Assembly (NCBI RefSeq): GCF_036971445.1
Contig: NC_091482.1
Coordinates: 69,006,001 to 69,070,000 of the forward strand
Origin: Narcine bancroftii
Taxonomy: Eukaryota
Reading direction: 5' to 3'
DNA length: 64,000 nt
The notes under the pieces: generated by a model
Told to the model about the DNA's origin: nothing
Databases searched by the model: none
Seen by the model: the letters and a program-made list of their open reading frames with translations, nothing else
Shown: positions 37,670 through 49,149 of the stretch, in pieces
Position numbering within the stretch: position 1 is the first letter of the stretch
How the letters are laid out: every line of letters starts with the position of its first letter
Position numbers and translations under genes: made by a program

Positions 37670-38020
37670 CGTGGTTGAAGTAAAAATACAATGCTGGAGA
37701 AACTCAGCAGGTACTTCATGTAGCAAAGATAAAGATACAAACCAATGTTTTGGGCTTGAGCCCTTCAACAAGGTTTGGAAAAACGTTGCTAGGTATCCGA
37801 ACAAAACGTTTGGTGGGGGGGTGGGGAGTGGTGGTGGAGAGGAGCACAGTCGTACAGGCAGGAGGTAATAAGTAGATAAAGGAGGGAGGGCACAGCAGCA
37901 AGCAGGGGGATGGGGGTGACTCTGAATGGAAAGAGAAGGGGTGCAGAGCTAAGGGAAAGAAGACAAAGAAAGGGGAAAGAGAAGGGAGGGAGAAGTCAAT
38001 GTTAATGCCATCCTGTTGGC
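37670..38020 (-). mobile_element. Penelope-like element terminal region
   Basis: CTGGAGAAACTCAGCAGG...TTTTGGGCTTGAGCCCTTCA; reverse complement of 5745-6180. Confidence 0.5.
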
Positions 38021-38247
38021 GAGTTATTTTGTGTAATAGTGTGGTATATGATGAACATTTAAGTCGATATTAATGCAATAAACATTCAAGAAAATATTCA
38101 ACTTATAACTGGTTGTTGAGTAAATAAAATTGGGGATTTTACAAATGTGTTTTTTTTTAAAACCCTTAAAACTGCTTCATGAAATATAAAGACAACAATA
38201 ATGAGGAGATACAGAAATCACTTAGCAATCTGAATGTGAGAACTCAC

Positions 38248-38313
38248 CATCCTGCCAGGTCCCAAACCTTTCACTGCTACACGAACAAAGGTTATTCCCT
38301 GATTGATTGCCTT
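38248..38313 (-). CDS. MRPS11: MRPS11 exon 5
   Basis: ACAG|KAINQGITFVRVAVKGLGPGRM|GTGAGT; 66 nt. Confidence 0.96.
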
Positions 38314-39594
38314 CTGTTCACAAAACAAAAATAGCAACGCTTTATTTTCTCAGAACAGTAATGCTAAGCGTTTTTAAAAAAATTAATTCTCCTTTGCCCT
38401 CTGCATTTCCTCATCATTCAAAATCTGTTGATGCCATTGTTATGCCACTATTTATTTTTGAAAAAGGACGAATAGTTATCAATGAATCATGCTTCATTCT
38501 AACAAGTGCAAGTTGTCCGTGTAAACTTTCCCCTTGTAAAATTACTTGCTTAACTTTTCTCTCAAGCTAGTCTTTGTATCTTCCCACCTTACATCTTATT
38601 TGTTAGTTTCTCTTAGCAGTGGCAATGTCAGGCCAATGAACACGCAAGGAAGTGTTCAGTTTCATGATGAGTGATTAGTCAATTGCTTAATGTCTCATAT
38701 AATTCAAAAAATCACAGATTTTTAATATCTCCCAACAAATTATTACTAGGGACAAATTTACACATGTTATCCATATACTCTGTAACCATGGTAATATGGT
38801 TGATTCTTAAATTGCCCTTAAAATGCGTTATCAGTAAATCTATTCTATTTGGCTCCATATGGGTATGCAATAATAAACGGAAGCAATGGCCACATCCCGT
38901 GAATGAATAATGAAAAAAGTTAGATAGGCAACAAAATGGCAGATTTGCAGGGATATTGTTCCTGGTACATTGATCATAGCAGGATTAAGTTAAGTAATAT
39001 ACAATGAATAATTCTGTTAATGAAGTTCTTTGGTGACCATAATGCCCAACCATAAAATTATACGTTAATTAGTCATTAAGTGAGTAGACAAGGAATGGAT
39101 CTTCTACTGAACCTTTTAGGGACCGAGTGCTTGCAGAACAGGGGCATGAACAATATTATCATACTGAGATGTTTATCACAGACCTGAACTTTTTAAAAAG
39201 TACATACGATTGCATGTGAATCAATCTTTCTACTTTCTGATGCAGGATGACTTCACTGTTGTATCAGCACCACCTGCTGAAGCTATTATTGAATGTGCGG
39301 TAATACAATTACAGCATTTTCAAGATTCTCTGAAAATCTATTGCTTTTGTTGAGAGGACCAAGCAGAGACACATCCAGCAGCCTTTTTCCAACTTCTGCA
39401 AGACAGCACCACATAAGTATTTTCACACCAACTTTATAATTAATTTTTAAAATGTGGTTGGTCAAGTTTATCAGTAAAAGTCTACAAAATACTGCTAGAA
39501 GGGCAATAGAGCTGACTGTGGTTACAGTGAGGATTAGATGATTTTGCAAACAGATACTACTTCACAAACACAATAGAATTAAATAACTGAGAAC

Positions 39595-39805
39595 AGCACA
39601 GTTGGTGTAGCAGTTAGCTCAACACGGTTTCAGCGCCATTGGCCAGAGTTTGAATCCTGCTCTGTCTGCAAGGAGTTTGTACATTCTCCCGTCTCCAGTT
39701 TCCTCCCACCCTTCAAAATGTACCAGGGGTTGTAGGTCAATGGGTGTAATTGGGTGTAATTGGGCCGAAAGGGTCTGTTACTGTGTTGGATGTCTAAAAT
39801 TTTTT
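39595..39805 (+). mobile_element. V-SINE/HE1-like SINE
   Basis: GAGTTTGAATCC, GGAGTTTGTACATTCTCCCG and the family tail. Confidence 0.75.
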
Positions 39806-40919
39806 AAATAAAAAATTATATGTAATTTTTTTAGCTAATCAACCTGATCACAGACTGCTGGAAACTGGCCGATGGGAACCTGATATTGGAACTTGGATAC
39901 AAGAGGGTGCTGAGGGAAAGAAAGTCTCCTGAAGGCTTCCTGATCGTACCAGTTTGGATCTGGAGCTTAGGCTGCTGATGGTTTGAACTGGAGCCTGTGC
40001 ATCTGAAGAGACTCTCTTTTGCTTCTCTTTCTCCTTATCGAGACGAGACGCCAGGAAATGCTCATCGTGGCTCTTTGTTTGCCTTACAGCAGACAAAAGT
40101 TGAAGTATATGATGTATATTACATTTTTAATGTATTATGTGACAATAAAAGGAACCTTTTAAAAATGCTTGCTACACGCAAGCCATTGATGATGCTGTAA
40201 TCTGGAGCAAAAAAAATCCTGCTGGAGGAACTCAGCAGATCGAGCAGCATCAGTGGGAGAAAAAAGGTCGACGTTTCACATCAGAGCCCTTCATCAAGGC
40301 TGATGAAGCGCATTGTTATTTTGAAGTATTCACGGTGAGCTTACCAAAATAAAATGAATACAGGTAGAAATAGCATCCATTTCAAAATGAAGTTCTAATT
40401 ACATTGCAGGCTCATCACGTTTCCATCTGATCAACTTAATTCCTCCCAAGAGAAATTTAAAATTGTAATTTAAGTTGCATTTGGATGGTTAAAAGATGAC
40501 TGTCAAATATGACATTATGGTTAAATTTAATTCCTTCCCATCTGTCAACCTTCCACTGTGGATTTATGGTCCTTGGAACTGGGTTCAGATTTCCTTGCTA
40601 TTTTGCTCATCAACACATTTAAAATCAGTAGGATTATCTTATCAGAATAATTATTCTGAGTAACCTCAAAGCACTGCAGAGAGCTAGTCCTCTGTGAGGC
40701 ACATATTCCAGCTGTGAGTGCAAATGTGAGTGTCTTAGATTTTATGAAACTATCCCAGGAGGGCAAATGCACTTCCTGTCTTGGCAGAACTACAAATGAT
40801 GTCTGAAATACATCAGTCAAGCCTGATGAGAGTGAGGATCTGACAGAACAGGAAAGGAATGAAAAGAAAGCTTATATATCAGTACAAAACAGAGTAGATG
40901 TTTTTATTAAAAAAAAGTA

Positions 40920-41140
40920 AAATTTAATTTTCAAATTTAGACATACAGAACGACCCTTTCAGCCCACTAGCACATGCCACCCAATTGACCAAAACCCCGG
41001 TGCGTTTTTGAATGTTGGGAGGAAACTCACGCAGACACAGGGAGAATGTGCAAACTCCTTACAGACAGTGGGAATTTCGAATCCCATTCCTGATTGCTGT
41101 AACAGCTTTGCACTAACTGCTATGCTACCCATGCCCCCCA
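40920..41140 (-). mobile_element. V-SINE/HE1-like SINE
   Basis: GACACAGGGAGAATGTGCAAACTCCTTACAGACAG...TTCGAATCCC (reverse of the family core). Confidence 0.75.
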
Positions 41141-43649
41141 ACGTTCTTCTGTGATTTCTTGACAGTCTCTCCAAAGGACAGCTATACCTGCTGTATCCAG
41201 GACCCAAGAATGAGAGGTAATAACTTTTGTGTCATGTGGGAGTAGAGGGGTGGATTGAAGCCATCAGGAGTTCCCAGTTAATTATTTTGACATTTACAGA
41301 TCAGTGAAGCCAAGCTCCTGAATAAATGAGTTACCCAAGAGACTGTAGGTACTGGAATATGAAGCACAAATAACAACAACACTGGAGGAACTCAGTGTTT
41401 CTGGCAGCATCCGTGGAGGAAATGAACAACGTTTCAGGTTGAGACGCTTCATCTGGACTGAATGGAGTCGAGCTGAAACATTGACTGCCTATTTCCCTCC
41501 AGACGCTGCCTGAACTGCAGTGGTTTGTTTTTGCCTAATTAAATGTATAGCTTTCGAGGATTTTGTGTGCAGAATGAAATGGAGGATAAATAAATACATT
41601 CTGGCTAGCCAGGTAATCTATTAACATTTTGTGATTTCTAAGTGAACAATAAAATATACCATTTAAACGCTAAAATACAAATGGAGGCTTTCACAATCAT
41701 AGGTTTCAAGTAATTGTCAAGGCATTTTAATATGGCTCATGACTCAAATCAAGCCGACCTATTGATTAGCCACAAGTATGTGTTGCTACGACTGCAAGTA
41801 TATCCCTGAACATTTTTCATACAAGACGTCCAAACTCTCTCATTGTGAAAAAGCTTTCACATCTTCTCTGCTATAAAAATAATAATATACTGGCATCCTT
41901 GGTGAGGGTCAGCTTGGGACACATCATATTTAATGCAGGCTAATCTGTTTGCACATATTCCCAGGTAATATATTCTCCAACTCAAAGGAGGACATGAAGA
42001 ATTTCCTGGAGATTATCTGTCCCCCAAGCCAAGGATTCTTAAAGAGTTAATCTCTTTAATGTAGATGAAAATAATAAATCAAACACAATTTTTTAAAAAA
42101 GTAACACAGAATGACATTAGCAAAATAATGCCATTTCTTTAAATGCAGTATGTTTAAACCAAATTAAGAAATGCTGCACTTTCCAAACCGAATAATACAT
42201 CTCCAAAAGAATTAATTGTTGATGACCATGAAACTGTATGAAATGCACCAAATTTTCTCTGGGACAAACCACAAAGAAACTCACGCTTCCAATGAAACTA
42301 CTGGCAATGAATTGTTCAACATCAGCCGTGCTCACATCCAGAAACCTGATTTTCCTGCTGAGTTAGAGATGAACTACCAAGAGTTCTCCACTGCTTAAAA
42401 CTCTACCCAACATCTGCAATTCCTTAAGACAACAAGACCACAAGACAGGAACAAAAATAGACTATTCAGCCTATTAAGTCTGCCCTACTATTTAATCATG
42501 AGCTGATCTATTTTTCCCATCCAGCCTCACTATCCAAACTTCTCCTTATAATCTTTGATGCCCTGGCTAATCAAGAATACACTCAATGACCTGGATGCAT
42601 AACTGTCTGTGGTAACATATGGCACAGATTTACCACTCTGGCTGAAGGAATTCCTAAGCATTTATGTTCTAAGTGGATATCCTTCAATTCTGAAATTCAG
42701 GCAAAAGTGCATGGCCGTGCACCATGCCTAGTGTTTAGCTCCAGCAAGCAAGCTCAGAAAACAGCTTTGGTAATACAGTACCATGCTTTGAAAAAAAAAA
42801 ATTGTGCAAGGCTCACACCTTCTTGAAAAAAAAACAATACATAATGTTTCTAATTGATAGTTTAATATTTCCCCGAGGTCAAAAACAATGATGTAAATCA
42901 ATGATGCATGGATATATTGGCAGATACCACTAATTATTGTTGAGATCTAACCTGCTATTGATCTGAAAGATGAATAAGGACCATTGCCTGCCAATCCGAA
43001 GAGGATCTGGTGTAAAATATATACAGATTCTCACTTGGGTAGGCCGAATATTATTGATGAACTGTGTTTACAACGATCTTTTTTTTTTGGTAACGGAGCC
43101 AGCATCAACATCAAGTACTGCCCAGTGAGGCAGGATATCCGTTCTATGTGCAGTGAAGTTTGCTTAATCTTTCCTACAGCAGCAATGAACTGGAGCCAAA
43201 AAAAAGAAAAGCAATCCTTATTGCAACAGCATGACATTTTCATTTCTCTCACTGTCACACCATGTACTGGGTTTCATGCTGAGAACGGAATACACACCAT
43301 TTTTATAGCTTTTCTGAAGTTGGGATCAGAATGTTTGGTCCTGTGATACCATGTCCATTGTTAAATAAATGGGCATGTATTTCACCTGGAACCCATATAG
43401 CCAGCAGAATGCAAATCTGTTAACGACATTCATAGTGATTGGAATCTTCAGTGGAAAGGTCTTTATCAGAATCCACTGTGTAATAACAAACTAAAGAAAG
43501 TTCCATGAACCTCGGACTTAAAGACTACTGGATCTTATAAAGTGTCAAAAGATGCTTTTTTTTTACAATTTCTCCGATGCAGCGTTGAAACTGGAAGCTC
43601 ATTCATTGTAAAGGCAAGTCAATATTGGGGAAGAAGAATACTGATTTAC

Positions 43650-43779
43650 CACCGCTGCTGAAATGCCAGCTGTCTGAGCAGCAATCGGAGTTCCCTTCTT
43701 TGTGTTTTTAAACCCTTCGGTACCACATGAAGTACGCAACATGCTCCGTCCATCGTGGGTAGTAACCTGAATGTGCGTG
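43650..43779 (-). CDS. MRPS11: MRPS11 exon 4
   Basis: CAAG|THIQVTTHDGRSMLRTSCGTEGFKNTKKGTPIAAQTAGISAAV|GTAAAT; 130 nt. Confidence 0.96.
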
Positions 43780-44810
43780 CTTGAGAAAAATACAAGTGTG
43801 TAAGAGATGGAAAAAGATGAGAAAATAAACAATATAAATTTGTTGACCATGCTAATGACCACAAAATAAAACTTAAATTAAGAATATTAACTTTAAAGCA
43901 CAATCCAACATCAAATATTCACAAAGTTCACAAACATTACTTCTTCCTATTTGGGCCATAAGATTTATGGTCAGAGTACCTATGTACATGATATCCCATA
44001 CAACCCCGAGATTCATTTTCCTGTGGGTAAGACAGAATTGCCACTTGTTCGGTAGTGCAAAAAAAATTGGACTCAACATGTGTAAACAAATAAAGAAATA
44101 CAAACTGCAATACATAGAGACCCTAACCTCACATTACATTGTGCCACTTTTCCTATTGCTTGCAATCTTTACACAAGGAATTCCATGGAGGAGATCTCTA
44201 ACTGGTATCAAACTATGGATAGTTTAATTCTATGAACATTACTAGCGGTTCTGTGGCCCAAGGTGGTGTAACTATCATTTCAGCCAGCAGAAGAAATGAC
44301 CAAGCTGTGAGACAGGATATTGCTTAATTCGGTCATCAAAAATGAGCAATCAACTCATACATACACTGAGTCCATCTCAGTGAAGCATATTCAAATACTA
44401 CATTTTACAAAAAATACAATTTGCAGTTGTAAACGAGCTTTAGGATTAAAAAAAATACAAGATGATAGACAATGTAATGAAAAAATGGTAATTGGAGCAA
44501 AGGAGGAATTATAAAATGGAAAAGTTTGTTTAGAATTATTTTTTTAAAGAAGAGTTAAAGAAAAGAATTAGAGATGAAAATTCCAGAATTCGGCCCAATA
44601 CTGTGAGAGTAATTTATGAGAGCAGTCAAGGCAAAGTAAAATGCAAGCATCAGAACGACAGAGATTGGGACAAAAGGAATTAGGTTTGAAGGAAGTTCAG
44701 GATGGGGCTAAGAAGTAATTTAAACACAAATTCTGGAACTTTGAGATATTGGCGTAGCTGAACCCAATGCAAGTTCACGTTAGGGATATCGGTGAGGTGG
44801 TGGGGCGGGT

Positions 44811-44813
<3 letters not shown>

Positions 44814-44858
<45 letters not shown>
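44814..44858. repeat. (AG)n microsatellite
   Basis: Direct reading. Confidence 0.97.
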
Positions 44859-44860
<2 letters not shown>

Positions 44861-45354
44861 TTAGTGTGGAGGTAACATACAGATGAGGGTATCAGTGGCA
44901 GATGGACTATGGTAGTTAATGTGAAGGTAGGCGGAAAGGAAGAAGTAAAAGAGCACAAGGAGAAGGTGGGATAGAGAAGGCAGGATTCTAATATGCATGG
45001 CTTTCTGTATTAATAGTCTTGACAAATGAATCATTGAATAAATTTGCTTGCTAGTTTTGTGCTTACTTTATTTTTGTTAAATTACATTTGATCTTTTTTT
45101 GATATTTTAAAAGTTCTATTAAATGCAAGTTATTTTTGAAATACTACAGATTCCTTACAGCACTTTAAAGGTTTAAGTGCAATGCTGATTTTTGACTGCC
45201 ATTTCTACTCCTCTCACTAGTCTTCCCCATCAAACCTCTCCTGAGGATACAGGCTTTGCCAATTACTATGAAGTAGACTTGTAAAAGTGGATATTTTGTT
45301 TTACACACGGACAACATGCTTTTGAAAGTTTGAATTGTGATGTCCACTAAAGAT

Positions 45355-45575
45355 TAGCGGTTCGCACCACGCTGTTATAACTGCAGCGATTGGGACCGGG
45401 GTTTGTAAGGAGCTAGTACATTCTCCCCGTGTGTGGATTTCCTTCAGGGTTCCGGTTTCCTCCCACCATTTGAAACTTACCAGGGGCTGTAGGTTGATTG
45501 AGTGTAATTAGGTGGCATGGGCCTGTGGGCCAAAATGGCCTGTTACCATGCTGTATGCTTAAATTTAATTTACAT
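45355..45575 (+). mobile_element. V-SINE/HE1-like SINE
   Basis: GTACATTCTCCCCGTG...CCGGTTTCCTCCCACC...GGCCTGTTACCATGCTGTA. Confidence 0.75.
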
Positions 45576-45713
45576 TAAATTCATGACACATTTTTAAACA
45601 AGAATGAATGAAGGAGCAATAGGAATATCAGTTAATTTTTTTTGCACTTGTAACCTAAAGAGAAGCTAATAATATCAGAATCAAGATAATTCATAAATTA
45701 TCACCCATCTTAC

Positions 45714-45812
45714 TTATTATATGTTGCCTTGATATGCACTATGTGTAGTTCTTCATACTTCTTGCCCTCCCAACGCAAAGAGCTCTCCTGACCTGGCATT
45801 GGAGGTAGAATA
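45714..45812 (-). CDS. MRPS11: MRPS11 exon 3
   Basis: TATAG|[32 protein letters not shown]|GTAAGA; 99 nt. Confidence 0.96.
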
Positions 45813-46009
45813 CTATAAACAGAAAGAATATTCATTTCACAATGTAAATAATACAACCAGAACATGAGCTCAAGTGTTCACTTTTCTCCCCTCTAAATAA
45901 ACAAATGAAATTTTTGCCTAATATTATTAATAACCTAGTATTGTTGCATTTATGACCCAGTATTGAGCTTTATCATTGATAATTAAGGACAAACTTAGAG
46001 TGATCAATA

Positions 46010-46860
46010 ATAACTAAACCGGGAAATTACAGGCTGGTAACCTGTCATCAGTAGTAGGTAAATGATTGGAAGATGTTCTAAGAGATTGGATATACAAGTA
46101 TTTGGACAGTCAAGGCCTGATTAAGGACAGTCAGTATGGCTTTGTGTGTGGTAGGTCGTGTTTATAGAGTTTTATGAGGAGGTTACCAAGAAAGTAGATG
46201 AAGGAAAGGCTATGGCTGTTGTCTGCATGGGATATAGTAAAGCTTTTGATAAGGTCTCACATAGGGAGGTTAGTTCAGGGTCAGGACATCATGTTATATC
46301 TGTATGGGACATTAGTGAGACCCTATCTGGTACTTTGTGAGCAGTTCTGGTCACCAAACTACAGGAAGGAAGAGTTGAAGTTAGGGTGGGAGTGGGGGAT
46401 GGTGCAGAAAAGGTTCACCAATGTTGCTGGGACTAGCAGGCTTGAGATACGAGGAGAGTGGATAGGCCAGGACTATCTGTTGGACCACTAAAGGGAAAGG
46501 AATGACCTGACAGAAGTTAAACTCATGAAAGGTATAGATGAGATTGTTGGCCCCAGTCATTTTCCTTCAGAGTAAGGGAGCTTGAAACAAGAGGATATAG
46601 ACTTGAGGAGAAAGATTCAAAGGGACCAGAAAGGTAAATTTTTCCACACAGAAAGTATCATGAATACCCAACAAGCTTCAGAGGAAGTGTTAGACACAGG
46701 TACAATGACAACATTTAAAAGACATTTAGATAGTTTTGTGGTTACAAAAGATTTAGAAGGATATGGGACTAATGCAGGCAAATGGGACAAGGTATACCTT
46801 GGTTGGCATGGATGAGTTGGGCTGAGGGACCTTTTTCCATGCTGGATCACTCTTATGTCT
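46010..46860 (+). mobile_element. Degraded, internally deleted CR1 LINE
   Basis: IEFYEEVTKKVDEGK...SKAFDKVSH and LVRPYL..CEQFWSPNYRK motifs plus the 3' tail. Confidence 0.8.
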
Positions 46861-47115
46861 TAAATTATTTAACCCTTGTCAACCACCCTGACTGGGACTG
46901 CACTAAATGGGCCCAGCTCCACATGAAAGATCAGATCATTTTGCAAGTAGCCTCATCAAGATCCTGTTCCAAAAAAAGAGTTGTTCATTTTTCAAATGTC
47001 ACAACGTCTATATGGCCACAAATGAAAATGTATGACCTGGATGAAAATTAGGCAATTGGTTCCCCTCAACAGATCAAAAGCCTGCAATAGTGCAACTGGT
47101 AAAGAAATGGAATAC

Positions 47116-47232
47116 CTGAAATCTGCTGACTCCTTGGACTGTGTCAACTCAGTCAATGTACTCTGTTTTTCTGCTGGTTCCTGTTGCTTCTGGAAACTTG
47201 TTTGTATTAATCGGCACTGGGCTTCCACTGAA
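47116..47232 (-). CDS. MRPS11: MRPS11 exon 2
   Basis: CATCAG|T SVEAQCRLIQTSFQKQQEPAEKQ...SADF AG|GTATTC; 117 nt, phase 2-2, links exons 1 and 3 in frame. Confidence 0.85.
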
Positions 47233-47994
47233 CTGATGAGAAATGGGAGAAGATAAATGAGAACAAGTTAGCACAAACTAAGCAATGCTGCACAGAGAAA
47301 TATAGTAAACTGAATTTTTATGAAGATGTGTAACTCATGGGGATGATCCATGAGCACTTATCTGGAGAACATCTTACTACACTCCTGAACTCCTGATTTT
47401 ACTGGCTCTACTATGTATATGGCAATGATATGTTAATATTTATTTATGTAAACATAAAGCAGAGCTGAAAATAGAAGTATTTTAAGGAATATTGCCTTTT
47501 GAAAAAAGTACAAATGCAAAATGCCAAAAAGAGTCCAGCAATGTAAATGATTAAAGGTATTTAACAGGCCAGTTAACAGGCCAGACAGCATACATGGATA
47601 GAAAATGAATAAATGATAAAGAGTTAAAAGAAAATGGTGGCATTGCCAGAGCTGCTGCAACTGTGTGGTGCAGTCCCATGGAGAGCAAGGAGACGGAGTG
47701 CACCTCCACAGGGCTCTACCATCCAATCCAACTACTGACAGCTCCATAAAGACTTTAAACGTCCTGTTAAAGAGTGGACGGTGGTTTATTTTAAATCCTG
47801 TGACCACAGAATCTGGGTCCAAGTTGGCAGCACCTCTGATCAGCAGCAGGCCTTGAGGGGTTGCAGACTCTGGGAAAGCAGAAAACTGGCACAGGGCACC
47901 AGAAAATGGGGAGACCACCTCCTATTTGAGAAGCAGCAGAGGAGATGACCCAAGAGACAGTAACCAGGGTGGCAGACAAGTGAGGGGTTTTGTG

Positions 47995-48172
47995 GCTGGT
48001 ACACACAGACATCAACCAGTTTACCTACCTCGGCTGCACCATTTCATCGGATGCAAGGATCGACAACGAGATAGACAACAGACTCGCCAAGGCAAATAGT
48101 GCCTTTGGAAGACTACACAAAAGAGTCTGGAAAAACAACCAACTGAAAAACCTCACAAAGATTAGCGTATAC
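47995..48172 (+). mobile_element. RTE-clade LINE RT fragment
   Basis: NQFTYLGCTISSDARIDNEIDNRLAKANSAFGRLHKRVWKNNQLKNLTKISVY, truncated by simple repeats. Confidence 0.85.
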
Positions 48173-49149
48173 ACATATATATATTATGAGAGAGGAGAGA
48201 GGAGAGAGGAAAGAGAGATATATACACACGTAGTATATGTAGAGGCTTTAAAGTGCCACTATGACCAAAGGCTTACAGGAACCACAAGGGAAGAAGAGTA
48301 GATACCCTGACTTTGGGTATGAAATTAGTGGTAATTCTGTTGTGCACACAGGAGAAAGGATGCCATGCATGCTCTCTGACAATAAATCAGAAATCTGAGT
48401 ATTAAAGATTTCAACCATAAATGCCATGCCAAGACACCAAATCGACCCCTGCTATGCCATTTCGACCCCACGTTGATCACAGTGGCCACATGTCACCGAA
48501 GACATCGTAAACCTCTACAGGCGGAGAGCATTCTGGCTGGTATGGAGGCACCATCTCTCAGGACAGGAAAAAAAACTCCAGAAGGTTGTTAACTTGGCTT
48601 ACAACATCAGAAAAAACCTGTTTATTCTTAATGCAGGTTTGAGTTAGGCATTGTAAGAGTTAGTCTCAAGAAAATGGAAAATTCACTTATTTGACAACTA
48701 CCAATCCCCACAGGTGCCGGCTCCCAAGGTTTCACTGTGTATCTTTACCAGCAATGGATCCCAATGGATCTGTTCAGTTCCTTCAACTTTTTAGTGTTTT
48801 TACTACAATCATAACAATGCAGACTTTCATTTTTCACCCTATACTATCTATTACATCTGAATTAACCTGCCAATATTGCAGGTTGAATTGCTAGGCAAGG
48901 CGAGTAGATTTCAACCAGGTTTTGATACATGCAGGGAGCAATTGTCAGACCCTGGCCAAGTTAACTCACCAATCGCCCTTCTGGCGAAAGCACAACCTGC
49001 TCTCGCATTGTCACTGCTGGAGGAGGGATCCCTCCCCTTAAAATCCAGAGTTGCAGAATTACCTGTAAGTTATGGTGTGGTGTGAAAGGCTCCAGCTTGC
49101 CCTGACGGAATATTAGGGGCGGTGTCGATGCCACCTGGTTGGACAGGGT

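Noticed and set aside
42216-42398. 60-aa plus-strand ORF with protein-like composition
   Set aside because: No recognisable homology or splice context; within the range expected by chance.
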